Shown piece after piece: positions 11,465 through 23,632 of a stretch of DNA of 64,000 nt. Both the position numbers and the translations under genes were made by a program. Source of the DNA: Gracilinanus agilis (Eukaryota); assembly GCF_016433145.1 (NCBI RefSeq), contig NC_058135.1:281491071-281555070 (forward strand), read 5' to 3'. Every line of letters begins with the position of its first letter. Within the stretch, counting starts at the first letter, position 1. The notes beneath the pieces were generated by a model, which saw nothing but the letters and a program-made list of their open reading frames with translations, ran no database searches and had not been told where the DNA came from.

Positions 11465-11820
11465 CTATTCATAGGGAATAGACTAGATCCAAAGACTATA
11501 TCTTCCGTGAAAAATTTAGCTTAGTTCTCATTTGGAATTTCATAGAAACTCAGATCAAACTGAATCATGCAAAGCTACTGGATTTGATGAAATGTTTATA
11601 ATTCTTAAGTGAGAAGAAATATATTGTGGACTGATCTTTGGAGAACTGCTTCCTCAAGTCCCTAGTGAAGCCAGAGTTGTTGTCCTTTCTTATTAGTCAG
11701 AGATGCTTTGACCTTTCCCCTGAGTATAATTAGATATGGTACACATTTTTTTATAAATAATATGGGGAAATGGCATGTCAAATATAATTCATTAATAGCT
11801 CCATGAAAAACTTCCATGTG
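11465..11820 (-). promoter_or_regulatory. Paralogous candidate OR promoter and first exon with no coding exon in view
   Basis: Donor tag|gtaagg at 11464; TCCCTAGTGA 11659-11668; TCCCCTGAGT 11716-11725; TAATTAG 11727-11733; TAATTCATTAAT 11785-11796. Colinear with 28264-28620. Confidence 0.45.
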
Positions 11821-11943
11821 ATTTTCAATCTTTTCCAAAATATGACTATTACGCTTTGTTTCTTTTAAATATATTATTGACTAAAGATTTTGATCTATGT
11901 GGGATTTAAAGTATAAGGAATAAATACACATATGTGTATGCTA

Positions 11944-12700
11944 TGTAAAGGGGAAAAATTATTGTTGGACTAAATATTAAAAGTTTTGGTCACCAGGAAT
12001 TGATTGCTCAATTCCAAAATGAAAAAAAAAACTCATCAGTTTTCATGACTTTTATGGTTGTTAATTTACAATTAGGAAGAGAGAGTGAAAGTAAGAAAAT
12101 CAGAGAGAGGAAAGGGTGAGACAGCTAACCTAACACACTAAGTAATGTGCTCGCACCCCTGGATCAACCAAGGCAGGGCTACTTAGTCCTCAGCCAGAGA
12201 AGCCTCAGCTTTGAGCTGAGGACGGAGGCCTGAGGATGAATAAAGCAAAGGCTTCAGTCATGAAGCCTTTCTTGAGAGGAGAGTCCCTTCAGGAAAAATC
12301 TAGAAAGAGTCCCTTTTTCACTCACCACATGGTGGTTCAAAAGGAGAGATTTAAGAACAGTCTCACCATGTCCAAGTTCTCAGGTCCAGTAAGCAGAGTC
12401 TTCAACTCACACTCCAATTCTGAAGAACAAAAAAAAACCTGCCCCACATGAAGTTGTAACTTCCTTTTAAAAGCACTTCTTTTGCATTCTCCTTCTTGTG
12501 TATTCCTTCTATTTTATGTATAACAACAACAAAGGTTTTGCTTAGGACTGCCCAGGAAGAAATCAATAAATTCTGATTCGTCACCTACTCTTGCACATGT
12601 GGGTCACAGACTTGCCCCATTTGAAGATTAAATGGTGGTGTTTACACTTTTGGTGATTTAATCTAAAAATAGACAGGGTAGTATTAATCCCAACTTCACA
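11944..12700 (-). mobile_element. Solo LTR (ERV1-like)
   Basis: TG...CA termini; imperfect 4-bp TSD gcta/gctg; absent at the paralogous site ~28745; related to the LTR at 33907. Confidence 0.8.
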
Positions 12701-12907
12701 GCTGTGAATGCACATGTGCTTCTATGTGTTTATGTGCACAGATTGGTTGTTATCCTTCATACTCAGAGAGAACCAAAATGACATCATTATGTTGGAGTCA
12801 ATGTATAATTTATCCAGCTGTGGTTGATCAGATCCATATGACTTAGGAAACCTCAAAAATAGGTGTGGGACAAAAGGCCCATATGAACATTTGTTATACA
12901 AATTTCT

Positions 12908-14754
12908 TTATTTTTTTATCTTTTATTTTTTTAATAGAAATTTTTTTTTTATTTTTAGAAAAAATTTCCATGGTTACATGATTCATGTTTTTAATTTCAC
13001 CTTCATCCCCCCAAACTCCCACCCCCATAGCCAATGTGTATTTTCACTGGTTTTAACATGTGTCATCCATCAAGACTTATTTACATATTATTGATAATTG
13101 CGTTGGTGTGGTCTTTTCCAGTCTACATCCCTAGTCATGTCCTCATCAACCCAAGTGTTCAAGCAGTTGCTTTTCTTGTATGTTTCCTCTCCTGCAGTTC
13201 TTCCTCTGAATGTGGGTAGCATTCTTTTCCATAAATCCCTCAGAATTGTCCTGGGACATTGCATTACTGCTAGTACAGAAGTCCATTACATTCGATTTTA
13301 CCACAATGTATCAGTCTCTGTGTACAATGTTCTTCTGGCTCTGGTCCTTTCACTCTGCATCAAATCCTGGAGGTCTTTCTAGTTCACATAGAATTCCTCC
13401 AGTTTATTATTACTTGGAGAACAATAGTATTCCATCACCAATAGATACCACAATTTGTTCAGCCATTCCCCAGTTGAAGGGCATATCCTCATTTTCCAGT
13501 TTTTTGCCACCACAAAGAGGGTGAATTATTATATATTGCACAAACACAACTACAAAACACTTTCCAAACAATTAAAACTAGATCTAAACAATTGGAAAAA
13601 CATTGACTGCTCATGGGTAATATGAGCTAACATAATAAAAATGGCCATTCTACCCAAATTAATTTACTTATTTAGCACCATACCTATCAAACTAACAAAA
13701 AGCTTTTTTACTGAATTAGAAAAAACTATGACAAAGTTCACTTGGAAGAACAAAAGATCAAGAATATCAAGGAAAATAATGAAAAGAAATGTGAAGGAAG
13801 GTGGCCTAGCAGTACTAGATATTAAACTATACCATAAAGCAGCGGTCATCAAAACAATATGGTACTGGCTAAGAGGCAGACGGGAGGATCAGTGGAATAG
13901 ATTTGGGGTAAGTGATGTCAGCAAGACAGTGTATGATAAACCCAAAGAACCCAATTTTGGGGACAAAATTTCACTATTTGACAAAAACTGTTGGGAAAAT
14001 TGGAAGACAATATGGGGGAGATTAGGTTTAGATCAACATCTCACACCCTACACCAAGATAAATTCAGAATAGGTGAAAGACTTGAATATAAAGAAGGAAA
14101 CTGTAAGTAAATTAAATGAACATGCAATAGTATACTTTTTAGATCTCTGGGAAAGGAAAGATTTTAAAACCAAGCAAGAGTTAGAAAAAAATTACAAAAT
14201 GTAAAATAAATAATTTTGATTATATTAAATTAAAAAGTGTTTGTACAAACAAAAACAATGTAACCAAAATCAGAAGGGAAACAACAAACTGGGAAAAAAT
14301 CTTTATAACAAAAAATTCTGACAGATGTCTAATTACTCAAATATACAAGGAACTAAATCAATTGTATAAAAATATCAAGCCATTTCCCAATTGATAAATG
14401 GGTAAGAGACATGAATAGGCAATTTTCAGATAAAGAAATCAAAAGTATCAATAAGCACATGAGAAAGTGTTCTAAATCTCTAATAATTAGAGAAATGCAA
14501 ATCAAAAGCACTCTGAGGTAACACCTCACACCTAGCAGATTGGCTAAAATGATAGCAGGGGAGAGTAGTGAATTTTGGAGAGGTTGTGGCAAAATTTGGA
14601 CATTAATGCACTGCTGGTGAAGTTGAGAACTGATCCAACCATTCTGGATGGCAATTTGGAATTATGTCCAAAGAGAGATAAATGAATGCCTGCCCTTTGA
14701 TCCAGCCATACCATTGCTGGATTTGCACCCCAAAGAGATCATAAATAAACAGAC
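12908..14754 (-). mobile_element. L1, 5'-truncated with 5' inversion (twin priming)
   Basis: T-rich tail and 3' UTR on minus (12908-~13524); ORF2 segment on plus (~13527-14754, includes ORF 13641-14072). 17-bp TSD ttgttataca(a/g)atttct at 12891-12907 and 14755-14771. Confidence 0.9.
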
Positions 14755-15113
14755 TTGTTATACAGATTTCTCCAAATTTGCAAATCTCATTTTTTTAATG
14801 TCTATAATTCTGCTTTGTCCATAAACAACAGTATCTTCTTTGATGTGGACATAAAACACTGAATGGTCTTCTGCAAATATCTACCCTCTTGCACAACTAT
14901 ATCCAGATCTCCAGCTTTTCTATAGATGCATATGGACATATGTATTTATAAATGTTTATATATACATATTTATTTTTATATTTACATATATTTAGGTATA
15001 AATGTATATTAAAAGATAATTTATATATATTCAACATATAAGTGAAGAATATTGTAATATTTAAAATTTGGTTTGGATTGGTTTTACAATACAATAATTG
15101 AAAAAAAAAGAAT

Positions 15114-15612
15114 TGTGGTCACCATTTATAAAAAATAATTAACTTCTTAAGTCAAAATGACTGTTTGCAGCTTTTATTTACAGCAAGGTAGAGATATTAA
15201 AATGGGAAATATAGGAAAGAAGTAGAAAAAATCACCTACCTGCAAATAACCCAAGTACTAATCATAGTGCCTCCAGCCTGCAAATGCGAATCTGAACGTG
15301 AATCTCACCAGAATCCAAGGTCCTAATCAGGAAGCCAAAATCCAAGAGGCAGGAGATATTGAAAAACTACCAAGAACCTTCAGAGCTCATGAGGCCAAGA
15401 CTAACAAGAATCTCACCAGAGCTCACACTGAAGAGAATGTCCCACCAAAGTCTCAAAGGAGAGAGTCCTCATGGAAGAGCAAGGAAGGAATGAATATTCT
15501 CCTCAGTCTTACCTCTTATAGGCCTTTTTCCACATCACTTCCTGTTTCTCGCCCACTTCACAGGAACCAATCACAGTCTCCCAATTTGCTTAGCACTACC
15601 CAAAGATAACAC
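15114..15612 (-). mobile_element. LTR-like element
   Basis: TG...CA, tttattt poly(A) signal in reverse, internal short repeats (gaatctcaccaga twice). Confidence 0.45.
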
Positions 15613-15660
15613 ATAAAATAGTAACTATCATTAAACACATCAAAAAGTGTTAGAAATCCC

Positions 15661-17075
15661 TCCTAACTAAAGAAATGCAAATCAAAACAACTCTGAGGTA
15701 CCACCTAACACCTAGAAGATTGGTTAATATGGCAGCAAAGGAAAGTGATGAATGTTGGAGGGGGTGTGGCAAAATTGGGACACTAATACACTGTTGGTGA
15801 AGTCATGAATTGGTCCAACCATTCTGGAAGGCAATTTGGAATTATGCCCAAAGCACTTTAAAAGACTATCTTCCCTTTCATCCAGCCATATCATTGCTGA
15901 GTTTGTACCCCAAGGAGATAATAAGGAAAAAGACTTGTACAAAAATATTATAGCTATGCTCTTTGTAGTGGCAAAAAATTGGAAAATGAGGATGTATTTG
16001 TTGATTGCAGAATGGCTGAACAAATTGTGGTATCTGAGGGTGATGGAGTAATATTGTGCTAAAAGTAATGATGAACTGACGGAATTCCATGTAGACTGGA
16101 AAGAACTCCAGGAATTGATGTATTGCAAAAGGAGCAGAAGCAAGAGAACATTGTACGCAGAGACAGATACATTAAGGCACAGTCAAATGTAATTGACTTC
16201 TTTACTAGCAGCAATGCAAGACCGAGGACAATCCAGAGGAACTTATGAGAAAGAATGCTATTCAAATTCAGAGAAAAAACTGTGGGAACAAAAATACAGA
16301 AGAAAAACATGTCATTGATCACATGGTTGGATGGGCATATGATTAGGATTTTGGAATTAAAATATCACTCTACTAAAAATATGAATAACATGGAAATAGG
16401 TTTTGAACAATGATACATGTATAACCCAGTAGAATTGCTTGTCAGCCTGGAAGGCAGAGGGAAGCTGAGTTGGGGGGAAATATTTTGTATTAAAAACATT
16501 TATAGCTGTGTTCTTTATGTTAGCAAAAAAAATGGAAATGAGATTTCTGTCGATTGGGGAATGGTTGAACACATTGTGATATATGATGGTGATGGATTAC
16601 TATTTTATAAAAAGAATAAGGAACTGGAATGTTTCTATGTAAACTGGAAAAACCTCTAAAAGAATTGATGCAGAGCAACAGGAACAGAACCAGGAAAACA
16701 TTGTACATAGAGTCTGATACATTGTGGCACAATCAAATGAAATAAACTTTTCTACTAGCAACAATGCAATGATCCAAGACAATCCAGAAGAATTTATGAG
16801 GAAGGATGCTATCCACATCTAGAGAAAGAACTATGGGAACAGAAACATAAAATAAAAACATATGATTGATCACATGGTTTGATGGGTATATGATTGGGGA
16901 TTTTGACTTTAAATGATCACACTACTGCAAATATGAATAACATGGATATAGGTTTTGAACAATGATATGTGTATAACCCAATGGAATTGCTTGTCACCTC
17001 CAGGGGAGATAATTGGGGTGGGAAAAATCATGAATCGTGTAACCATGGAAAAATATTTTAAATAAAAAATAAGCA
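15661..17075 (+). mobile_element. Two head-to-tail L1 3' fragments (~15661-16470 and ~16480-17075)
   Basis: aaatgcaaatcaaaacaactctgaggtaccacc (ORF2 end) and 3' UTR motifs occur twice; boundaries approximate. Confidence 0.8.
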
Positions 17076-17099
17076 AAAGGAAATTCAATTAAAATTAAC

Positions 17100-17720
17100 T
17101 GCAGACAATATAAAAATGGAAGTCTTCCTACCAGTACAAACCTAGGAACTTTATGGAAATAATTATGAGACATTTTCCACACAAATAAAGACAGGTCTAA
17201 ATAATGGGAGAAATAGTCATCTTTAATGGGTAAGTGGAGTTAATATAATAAAAATGAAAATTTTACTGAAATTAATTTATTTAATGAAAGAACAATCAAA
17301 CTACCAAGATATATTTAATAGTGGTAGAAAAAATAAGAGCACATTTTTTTCTTCAAAAGTAGAAAGTCAAGAATAACCCAGAGAATCAATGAAAAAAATG
17401 TTAAGGAAAGTCACCTATTAGTAAAAGATGGTAATGAATAATACATTTAAATTATTATATTATTTATATTATTTACAATAAATAATATTAAATATGAAAA
17501 TTTAAAATGTGGTAAGCATCAAAATAATGTATTAATGGCTAAGAAGTAGACTGGAGAAAAAGTGGAATAGGTTATAGAAAAAATACAGCAGTTAATTACA
17601 ACAGTAATCTAATGTTTCATAAACACAAAGATTCAACAATTTTATAAACACAAAGATGCCTTTGAGGGCAAGGACTCATTATTTTACAAAAATTGGTAGA
17701 AAAAAATGGAAATCAGATTT
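17100..17720 (+). mobile_element. Old degraded L1 ORF2 fragment
   Basis: Degenerate similarity to the L1 segment at 13527-14000 (acattttccacacaaataaagacaggtctaaataat...). Confidence 0.6.
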
Positions 17721-18129
17721 GTCATTTGACGCATTTTTTCACATTGTCAGTCAATTAATTCAACAAATATTTCTGAATTGTTTTGTTCAAGTCACTGTGG
17801 AAAAAAAAAGAGAACTCAGGCTGAAGCTATCCAATCAGAATTCTTTTTACAACTTTTTTTTATGTTTATCTATTTTTTCATCCAGGCATAATTGATCACA
17901 TGTGAGGTCTTTGTGAAATTAGCCAGGAAGAATCAAGAGTAGTTTGGGAGTGGAGCTCTCCAAGACAAAATGTCTGCTATAAAATCTTATCTTTACTACC
18001 ATAGACCAAACTCTAATTCATCATTATATCCCTACATGTTCTTAGAACTCCACTAACTCACACATTCTGGGTCTGAATTTTCTGAGCCTATTTACCTATT
18101 ATGGAATTGAATTTCCCATCTTTCGAGAT

Positions 18130-18720
18130 CTATTTATCATCTCCAGATAAGGATGGCTTAGTTGATAAGAAGTATGGGGCACGGGAGACAATCTTGACTG
18201 TTAACTCATAGCTGCTTCTCCAAAGTGCCATTGAGTCAAAAGTTTATTATATATGAAAATTCAAACTCCTTTTCACACAAAAGCACCCCCCAAAACTTCG
18301 CAATTGTGCAAAAATACAGATTATGTCATATCAAAACACAAAAGGTCTCATTGGCTTCAGAATAGAACAAGGCCAAAGCTGAATTTTGGCTGGCCCATTA
18401 TCAAAAACTGAATCTGGGAATACTTTCTCAGGGACAAATAGCTCCCACTGGAGGAGCTTTTGTCTAAATTTTGTCCAGAATTGACCTTTACTTGTCTAGA
18501 AAGAGATTCAGAGCCCAGGTAGCTTTTTGCTTAATTTCTGTCTTTAGTCTTGGAGAGAAGTTGTTAACCTCTTAACTACTGGTTTGCTAAGAATTTAAAG
18601 CTTTTCAATAAGACTATAATACTTTTCAATAAGAAAAGTTATGGATCATAAAAGGGGTCAAAAGAGGAGTCTCTGATTTTTATCTATTTGAGACTCTGTT
18701 TCTCTTATTGGCTTCCCCTC
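18130..18720 (+). mobile_element. Old ERV-internal-like repeat; inverted relative at ~31915-32330 and partial copy at ~29880-29950
   Basis: Shared strings such as tatgtcatatcaaaacacaaaaggtctcattggcttcagaa and ggggtcaaaagaggagtct. Family not identified. Confidence 0.5.
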
Positions 18721-19952
18721 CTAAGTAACTACTACCAATTTTATTACTTATAGTATCTACCTCACTCTATTAACTGCATCCAGCTTCTAACAATCTTGGG
18801 TTAGAAAATGTTAGTTGACTCAAATGGGTTTTCAGTGCTTCTTTTCCCTTATTTAGGGACCTAATTAACCAAAAACTAAAAAGATTCAAAAATATATGAT
18901 CTTCTGAAGAGAGGGACAGATATAGAGACAGAAAAGGAGAAAGAAACAGAGAGAGGGAGGGAGCAAGGTGGAAGAAGAAAAAGCAAAGTAATCCTACAAA
19001 TACTCTTCCCATCTTGGCTGAGTTAATTGTTCCAATATAATAAATAAGTACTTAGCTTCGCCTAAAGATTCTGTTGGGCTATTGAGTATAGTGGAAGATA
19101 CTAGGGCTAGACATGTTTAAATTGGCATTCTTGCTCTCCAGGCATGCAAAGTCTCATAGATGAATAAAAAATACGCAGATATATCATTATGACACAATAA
19201 TTCAGAATAGATATATTAAAAAATTGTGAAACTAAGTGTTCTATGTAACATGAGGGAAGATAAAATGCTAGCAAGAAGTGTTGGTGCAAACCTCTAGGCT
19301 ATTGATGAGGCTAAAGCTTGTGACTTTTGTGGTCCCTAGAATTCTGAGCTGCAATTGTACTTAAGTTATTTGATATCCAAATTAAATCCTATGATGAGAG
19401 TTGAAAAATAGACTGGTAAAGGAGAAACAAATCAGCCCAAATCAGAAATGCAGCAGGTTTAAGTTCCATTAATTCAGCTTAATCATGGTATTGAGCCCTG
19501 GAGTAACCAATGCACTTCCAGAAAGGATAAATCAGACAAACAGTTTTGAAATTCAAAAGATAATGAGGCAAATAGAGATAATTACAATAATACCTCAGTA
19601 CCTATTTTATGGGCAAAAACTTATTTGTTGACTTTCTATGCTATGTTCATAAATGTCCCTCTTGGATTAATGACCCAATTGATAAAAGTGTTACAATCAA
19701 GGCATTCTATGGGTTTGAACTTTTAAAGTCATAGATCATGAACAGAAACTCTTCATGTTCACAATTAGTTCAAAGCAAAGGTATTTAATGAGATGACACC
19801 AAAACATGAAAATAACTGTTTATTACATCTAGGAGGAAAATGAGCACACAGAGAGTCAACTCAGAGAGAGATGGCTATTTGAGAACATGTTTGGTCTTGG
19901 AAACTTAGTTCTCTTATATATTGACGCCCTATTGTCCCCCAGTCATCTAAGG

Positions 19953-20158
19953 CCATGTTTGTGAATCTATGGCATGAATGTCAGAGGGGGCTGTTTCCAT
20001 TTCTATCTCCAAGTGTACCTGAGAACATTTCTCATATCACCAGCCCCTCTGCCCAGCAACCCAATGGGAGTGCTTCCTCCCTCCCATCTCTGGGATAAGG
20101 TGGGGAGCTCAGATATGGGAATTTGGGCACTCAGTCTCTAAAAGGTTCATCACCACTG
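19953..20158 (+). mobile_element. hAT MITE (degraded)
   Basis: 3' TIR aaggttcatcaccactg; TSD atctaagg/gtctaagg. Confidence 0.75.
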
Positions 20159-21106
20159 GTCTAAGGATACACTAAAGCTGTTCCTCATGGGTACACACTC
20201 CTTGCTGGGAAGGTCACTTTTTTAGGTTTTCATGTCCTATCCCTATTCTCAAATCAGTTCCCCAAAGGAAAAGCTAATGTCTTCCTCATCTATAGAAATG
20301 TAATGTCTCTGAGCTGTCCTCTCTTACCAGACACTGAGATTATTCTAAACTTTATATCTGTTTGTTTTCTTAATTTGGTGAATTATTTCCTTATAAAACC
20401 CTATTGACAGATCAAAGAGGAAGGAATGGGAAATAAAGAAATTAACTAGCCCCTTCCATTCCCAGAGGCAAAGATGAAGTTCCTTTACAAAAAAGATTTT
20501 ACTTTCATCACTGGATCCTTTTTCAAATGTTAGAACTTATATTCCTAAGGATTGTCTACAGCTTCTATTACTGTTTAGTTTGTCTCATATTTTAAAAGAC
20601 CACGAACGGGTGATGTTAGGATGCTATGTAATTCAATCAAATTTTGTGGAAATTTTTTTTTTATTTCATAGGGAGTTAAAAGTTTAGAACCAAATCTATA
20701 TTTTATATAAGGATGGAAGACCTCATTCTTTCCACAATTTACCCTGTCCTTCTGGAAAATTATCAACTTACCCAAAGAGAAATTGCATCATTAGGAATCA
20801 TTTGAAAAAGCCCAATTTCCTTCTACACAAGGGAAAAAAATGGAAAAGGAAAGAAAGAATTGGCAAAGGAAAACGGAAAGAATATTCTTCACTAGAGGAT
20901 TAAGGAAATCTTCATGAAGGTGGTGACAGTTGAATTTTGAAATCCAAATAGATTTTCAATACCAAGGAATGGTGACAGTCATTTCAGACACACAGGAAAG
21001 TAGGCATAATGTCATGGAGGAGAGAAGCCAGTATCAATCTTCTGGGAAACTACTTCCACAACTATTGTGGTATATAAAAGCAATTGTTTTATGCATGTGA
21101 CTAATT

Positions 21107-21309
21107 CAGTGATGGGCAAACTACAGCCTGCAGGCCAGATGCAGCCCCCTGAAATGTTCTATCCAGCTGTGGGACATTATTCCTATTCTGACGAATGCAA
21201 TGAGTAGGATACAATACAATGAAACTTTGAAAGAGTCGCCTTAGAAACAGACTACAGATGAGCTTTTCCTTTCCTTTGGCCACCTCTTTAAAAAGTTTGC
21301 TCATCACTG
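21107..21309 (+). mobile_element. hAT MITE, 203 bp
   Basis: TIRs CAGTGATGGGCAAACT...AGTTTGCTCATCACTG; perfect TSD gactaatt. Confidence 0.93.
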
Positions 21310-21340
21310 GACTAATTTATTTTACTTCTGTTTCTCAATC

Positions 21341-21411
21341 AACTGTAACTATTAGTAGTTGGTCAATATACAATTGAACTGTAACTATTAGTAGTTGGTC
21401 AATATACAATT
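21341..21411 (+). repeat. Perfect 35-bp tandem duplication with 36-bp period
   Basis: aactgtaactattagtagttggtcaatatacaatt at 21341-21375 and 21377-21411. Confidence 0.95.
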
Positions 21412-21588
21412 AAATATAAACACCTGTTATCTTTTGTGACATTTAATGTATATTTTCATCTGAATAAAAATATTGCTGTCTTGATATGTAGTTTTCACTT
21501 GTTATATAAAAAAAACCAATTCATTATTTCACTTTTAAATTGTTTATTATGTTATGTTGTAAATGTAACATTCTAATCATATGTTCTC

Positions 21589-22554
21589 TTACATTTTAAT
21601 GTTCTTAAAACTTGAGAAGTCCTTCTTGGGGAAGATGGCTTTTTTGATTATCTTCCATAGTGCAGTCTTGATTTTTGTGTTTCTCAGACTATAGATTATG
21701 GGATTCATGAATGGAGGTAATATTGTATAGGTCATTGCAATCAGAAGATTCTGGATTGGGGATGTATCTGATAGGGGACCTAGGAATGCAACCAGGCCAG
21801 CAAGGGCAAATAAGACAAAGATAATCAACTGAGGGGAACAGGTAGACAAAGCTTTGTAGCGTCCTTCCACAGAGGGCATTTTAAGTACGGTGGAAAAGAT
21901 ATAGGTATAGGATATAACTAAAAAGCCTAAGCAAAATAAAAGTAAAGTTGCACTACTAGCAAGGAGCACATACTCAGTATCATGAACCTCAGAACATGAG
22001 ACCTTCAAGACATGAGGGATATCACAAAAAAATTGATGTATCACATTGGATCCCGAGAAAGGCAAGCGGAACATGTTCCCTGTATGTAGAGCTGAATAGA
22101 AAAACCCAGTGAGCCAGGAACTAGTTGCCACCCAAATGCATCGGGTTGGGGTCATGATTATTTCATAATGCAAGGGCTGACAGATTGCCACAAAGCGATC
22201 ATAGGACATGGATACAAGCAAAGCAATCTCTGTTGCTGCAAAGAAGATAAAGAAAAATATCTGAAGAGCACAGCCAAGCAAGGAAATGGTTTGATTTTTT
22301 GTCAAGGAATTCACAATGAATTTGGGAAGAGTGACTGAGATGCAGCCGATATCCAGCAAGGATAAGTTACTCAGAAAAAAATACATTGGAGAGTGAAGTT
22401 GTGGGTCAGTGACAATGGCAGTGATAGTGAGAAAATTACCCATTAGGGCTGCCATATAAATCAGTAGGAATAGCACAGCATGTAAGATCTGCACCTCCCG
22501 GATGCTGGAATATTCCATGAGGAGGAATTCCATGATGATAGTAAAATTATCCAT
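21589..22554 (-). CDS. Olfactory receptor, class II family-14-like (OR-A), intact, 321 aa
   Basis: Motifs LHSPMYFFLSNLS, MSYDRFVAIC, FFCDIP, KALSTC, PFMNPIIYSLRN. Start placed at MDNFT (22554); in-frame ATG at 22578 is an alternative. The longer ORF-track N-terminus crosses a polypyrimidine tract and AG acceptor at 22612-22611. Confidence 0.93.
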   Translation of the reverse strand: MDNFTIIMEFLLMEYSSIREVQILHAVLFLLIYMAALMGNFLTITAIVTDPQLHSPMYFFLSNLSLLDIGCISVTLPKFIVNSLTKNQTISLLGCALQIFFFIFFAATEIALLVSMSYDRFVAICQPLHYEIIMTPTRCIWVATSSWLTGFFYSALHTGNMFRLPFSGSNVIHQFFCDIPHVLKVSCSEVHDTEYVLLASSATLLLFCLGFLVISYTYIFSTVLKMPSVEGRYKALSTCSPQLIIFVLFALAGLVAFLGPLSDTSPIQNLLIAMTYTILPPFMNPIIYSLRNTKIKTALWKIIKKAIFPKKDFSSFKNIKM

Positions 22555-23449
22555 GTCTGTTTTTGTCCCATAATTCATCTCGAAACAACATGAGTAGAGG
22601 ATATGATATTCTAAAAGAAGAGAGAAAATAAAAACATCTAATTTCATAGAAAGGTTGAGAACTATACAATCCAAATAACCATGTCACAAAGGCAGTTAGA
22701 TCAGATTTAAAAATCTGTGTTTATGTTAAGTTGGGAGTAGAACTGGCAATGCTTAAATTTGGGCATGATGGTCCTTTGTTCTCGAAAGCTTTTAAAAGAA
22801 TATAAATATATATTCAAGAGTGTGAGAGAACAGATGTCTTTTAGTACATAACTATTAGCTAGTTTAATTTTGCTAATATATATTTGGCAAAGATATATAT
22901 ATGTATATATACATATATATATGACTGAATAGCATAGCTTAGGAAGGAAATATGTTTTCAGCTCAATGGAATTTTCAGTGGCTTTGATCATATAAATTAA
23001 AGGAATGGCTAAAGAAAATCATATCACAAATCTGAAGTCTGAGTCATCTTATAAATGGGATACTAAAAAAAAATCAAATTAACCATTGCAGGGAAATTAG
23101 TTAAAATTTTGCTGCCTTGTATTTAGTAAGTGCCTAATAAATACTGTTAAGTTGAATTAAGAGATACACATGATCATAGTGGCCATTTCCAAATTTTATC
23201 AGTAGCACTGTAGGGTAATGGAGAGAAAGAAAGCTTTAGTGTTGGGAGAACTGGATTATTATTTTTTTTTCTGAGACATGTTCAGAGTTGTAAGTAAATC
23301 ATTCATTCTCTCAGAACTTCACTTTCTTCATATGTATACTCAAGATAATACTGGTAAGTGTTCACATTAAAAGATCGATTAAAATAAAGTGTTTTGAAAA
23401 CTTTAAGGTTAAAAAGGAATGACTTACCTTTATTAAAATATTATTATTT

Positions 23450-23632
23450 GGGGCAGCTGGGTAGCTCAGTGGAGTGAGAGCCAGGCCTAGAGACGGGAGG
23501 TCCTAGGTTCAAATCCGGCCTCAGACACTTCCCAGCTGTGTGACCCTGGGCAAGTCACTTGACCCCCATTGCCTACCCTTACCAATCTTCCACCAAGGAA
23601 CTAATACACAGAAGTTAAGGGTTTAAAAAAAT
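23450..23632 (+). mobile_element. Young SINE1_Mdo-type SINE
   Basis: ggggcagctgggtagctcagtgg...gttaagggtttaaaaaaa; TSD atattattattt. Confidence 0.93.

Larger units (their letters stand above)
11430..15060. repeat. Segmental duplication paralogous to 28200-29240, interrupted by an LTR and an L1
   Basis: 11430-11943, 12701-12907 and 14755-15060 align in order with 28220-29240. Confidence 0.85.

Noticed and set aside
10751-11524. Long ORFs spanning the N-run (also 62842-63234)
   Set aside because: Artefacts of Ns and dinucleotide repeats.
13641-14072. 143-aa ORF
   Set aside because: It is a fragment of L1 ORF2 within a truncated insertion, not a host gene.
21341-21411. Direct repeats as a possible CRISPR-like array
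   Set aside because: Only two adjacent units with no spacers, in a mammalian genome.
22555-22674. 40-aa N-terminal extension of OR-A in the ORF track
   Set aside because: It runs through a polypyrimidine tract and AG acceptor at 22612-22611, so most of it is intronic.
23450-23530. tRNA-like A/B-box sequence (also 7720-7793 and 51530-51600)
   Set aside because: These are heads of tRNA-derived SINEs with tails and TSDs, not tRNA genes.
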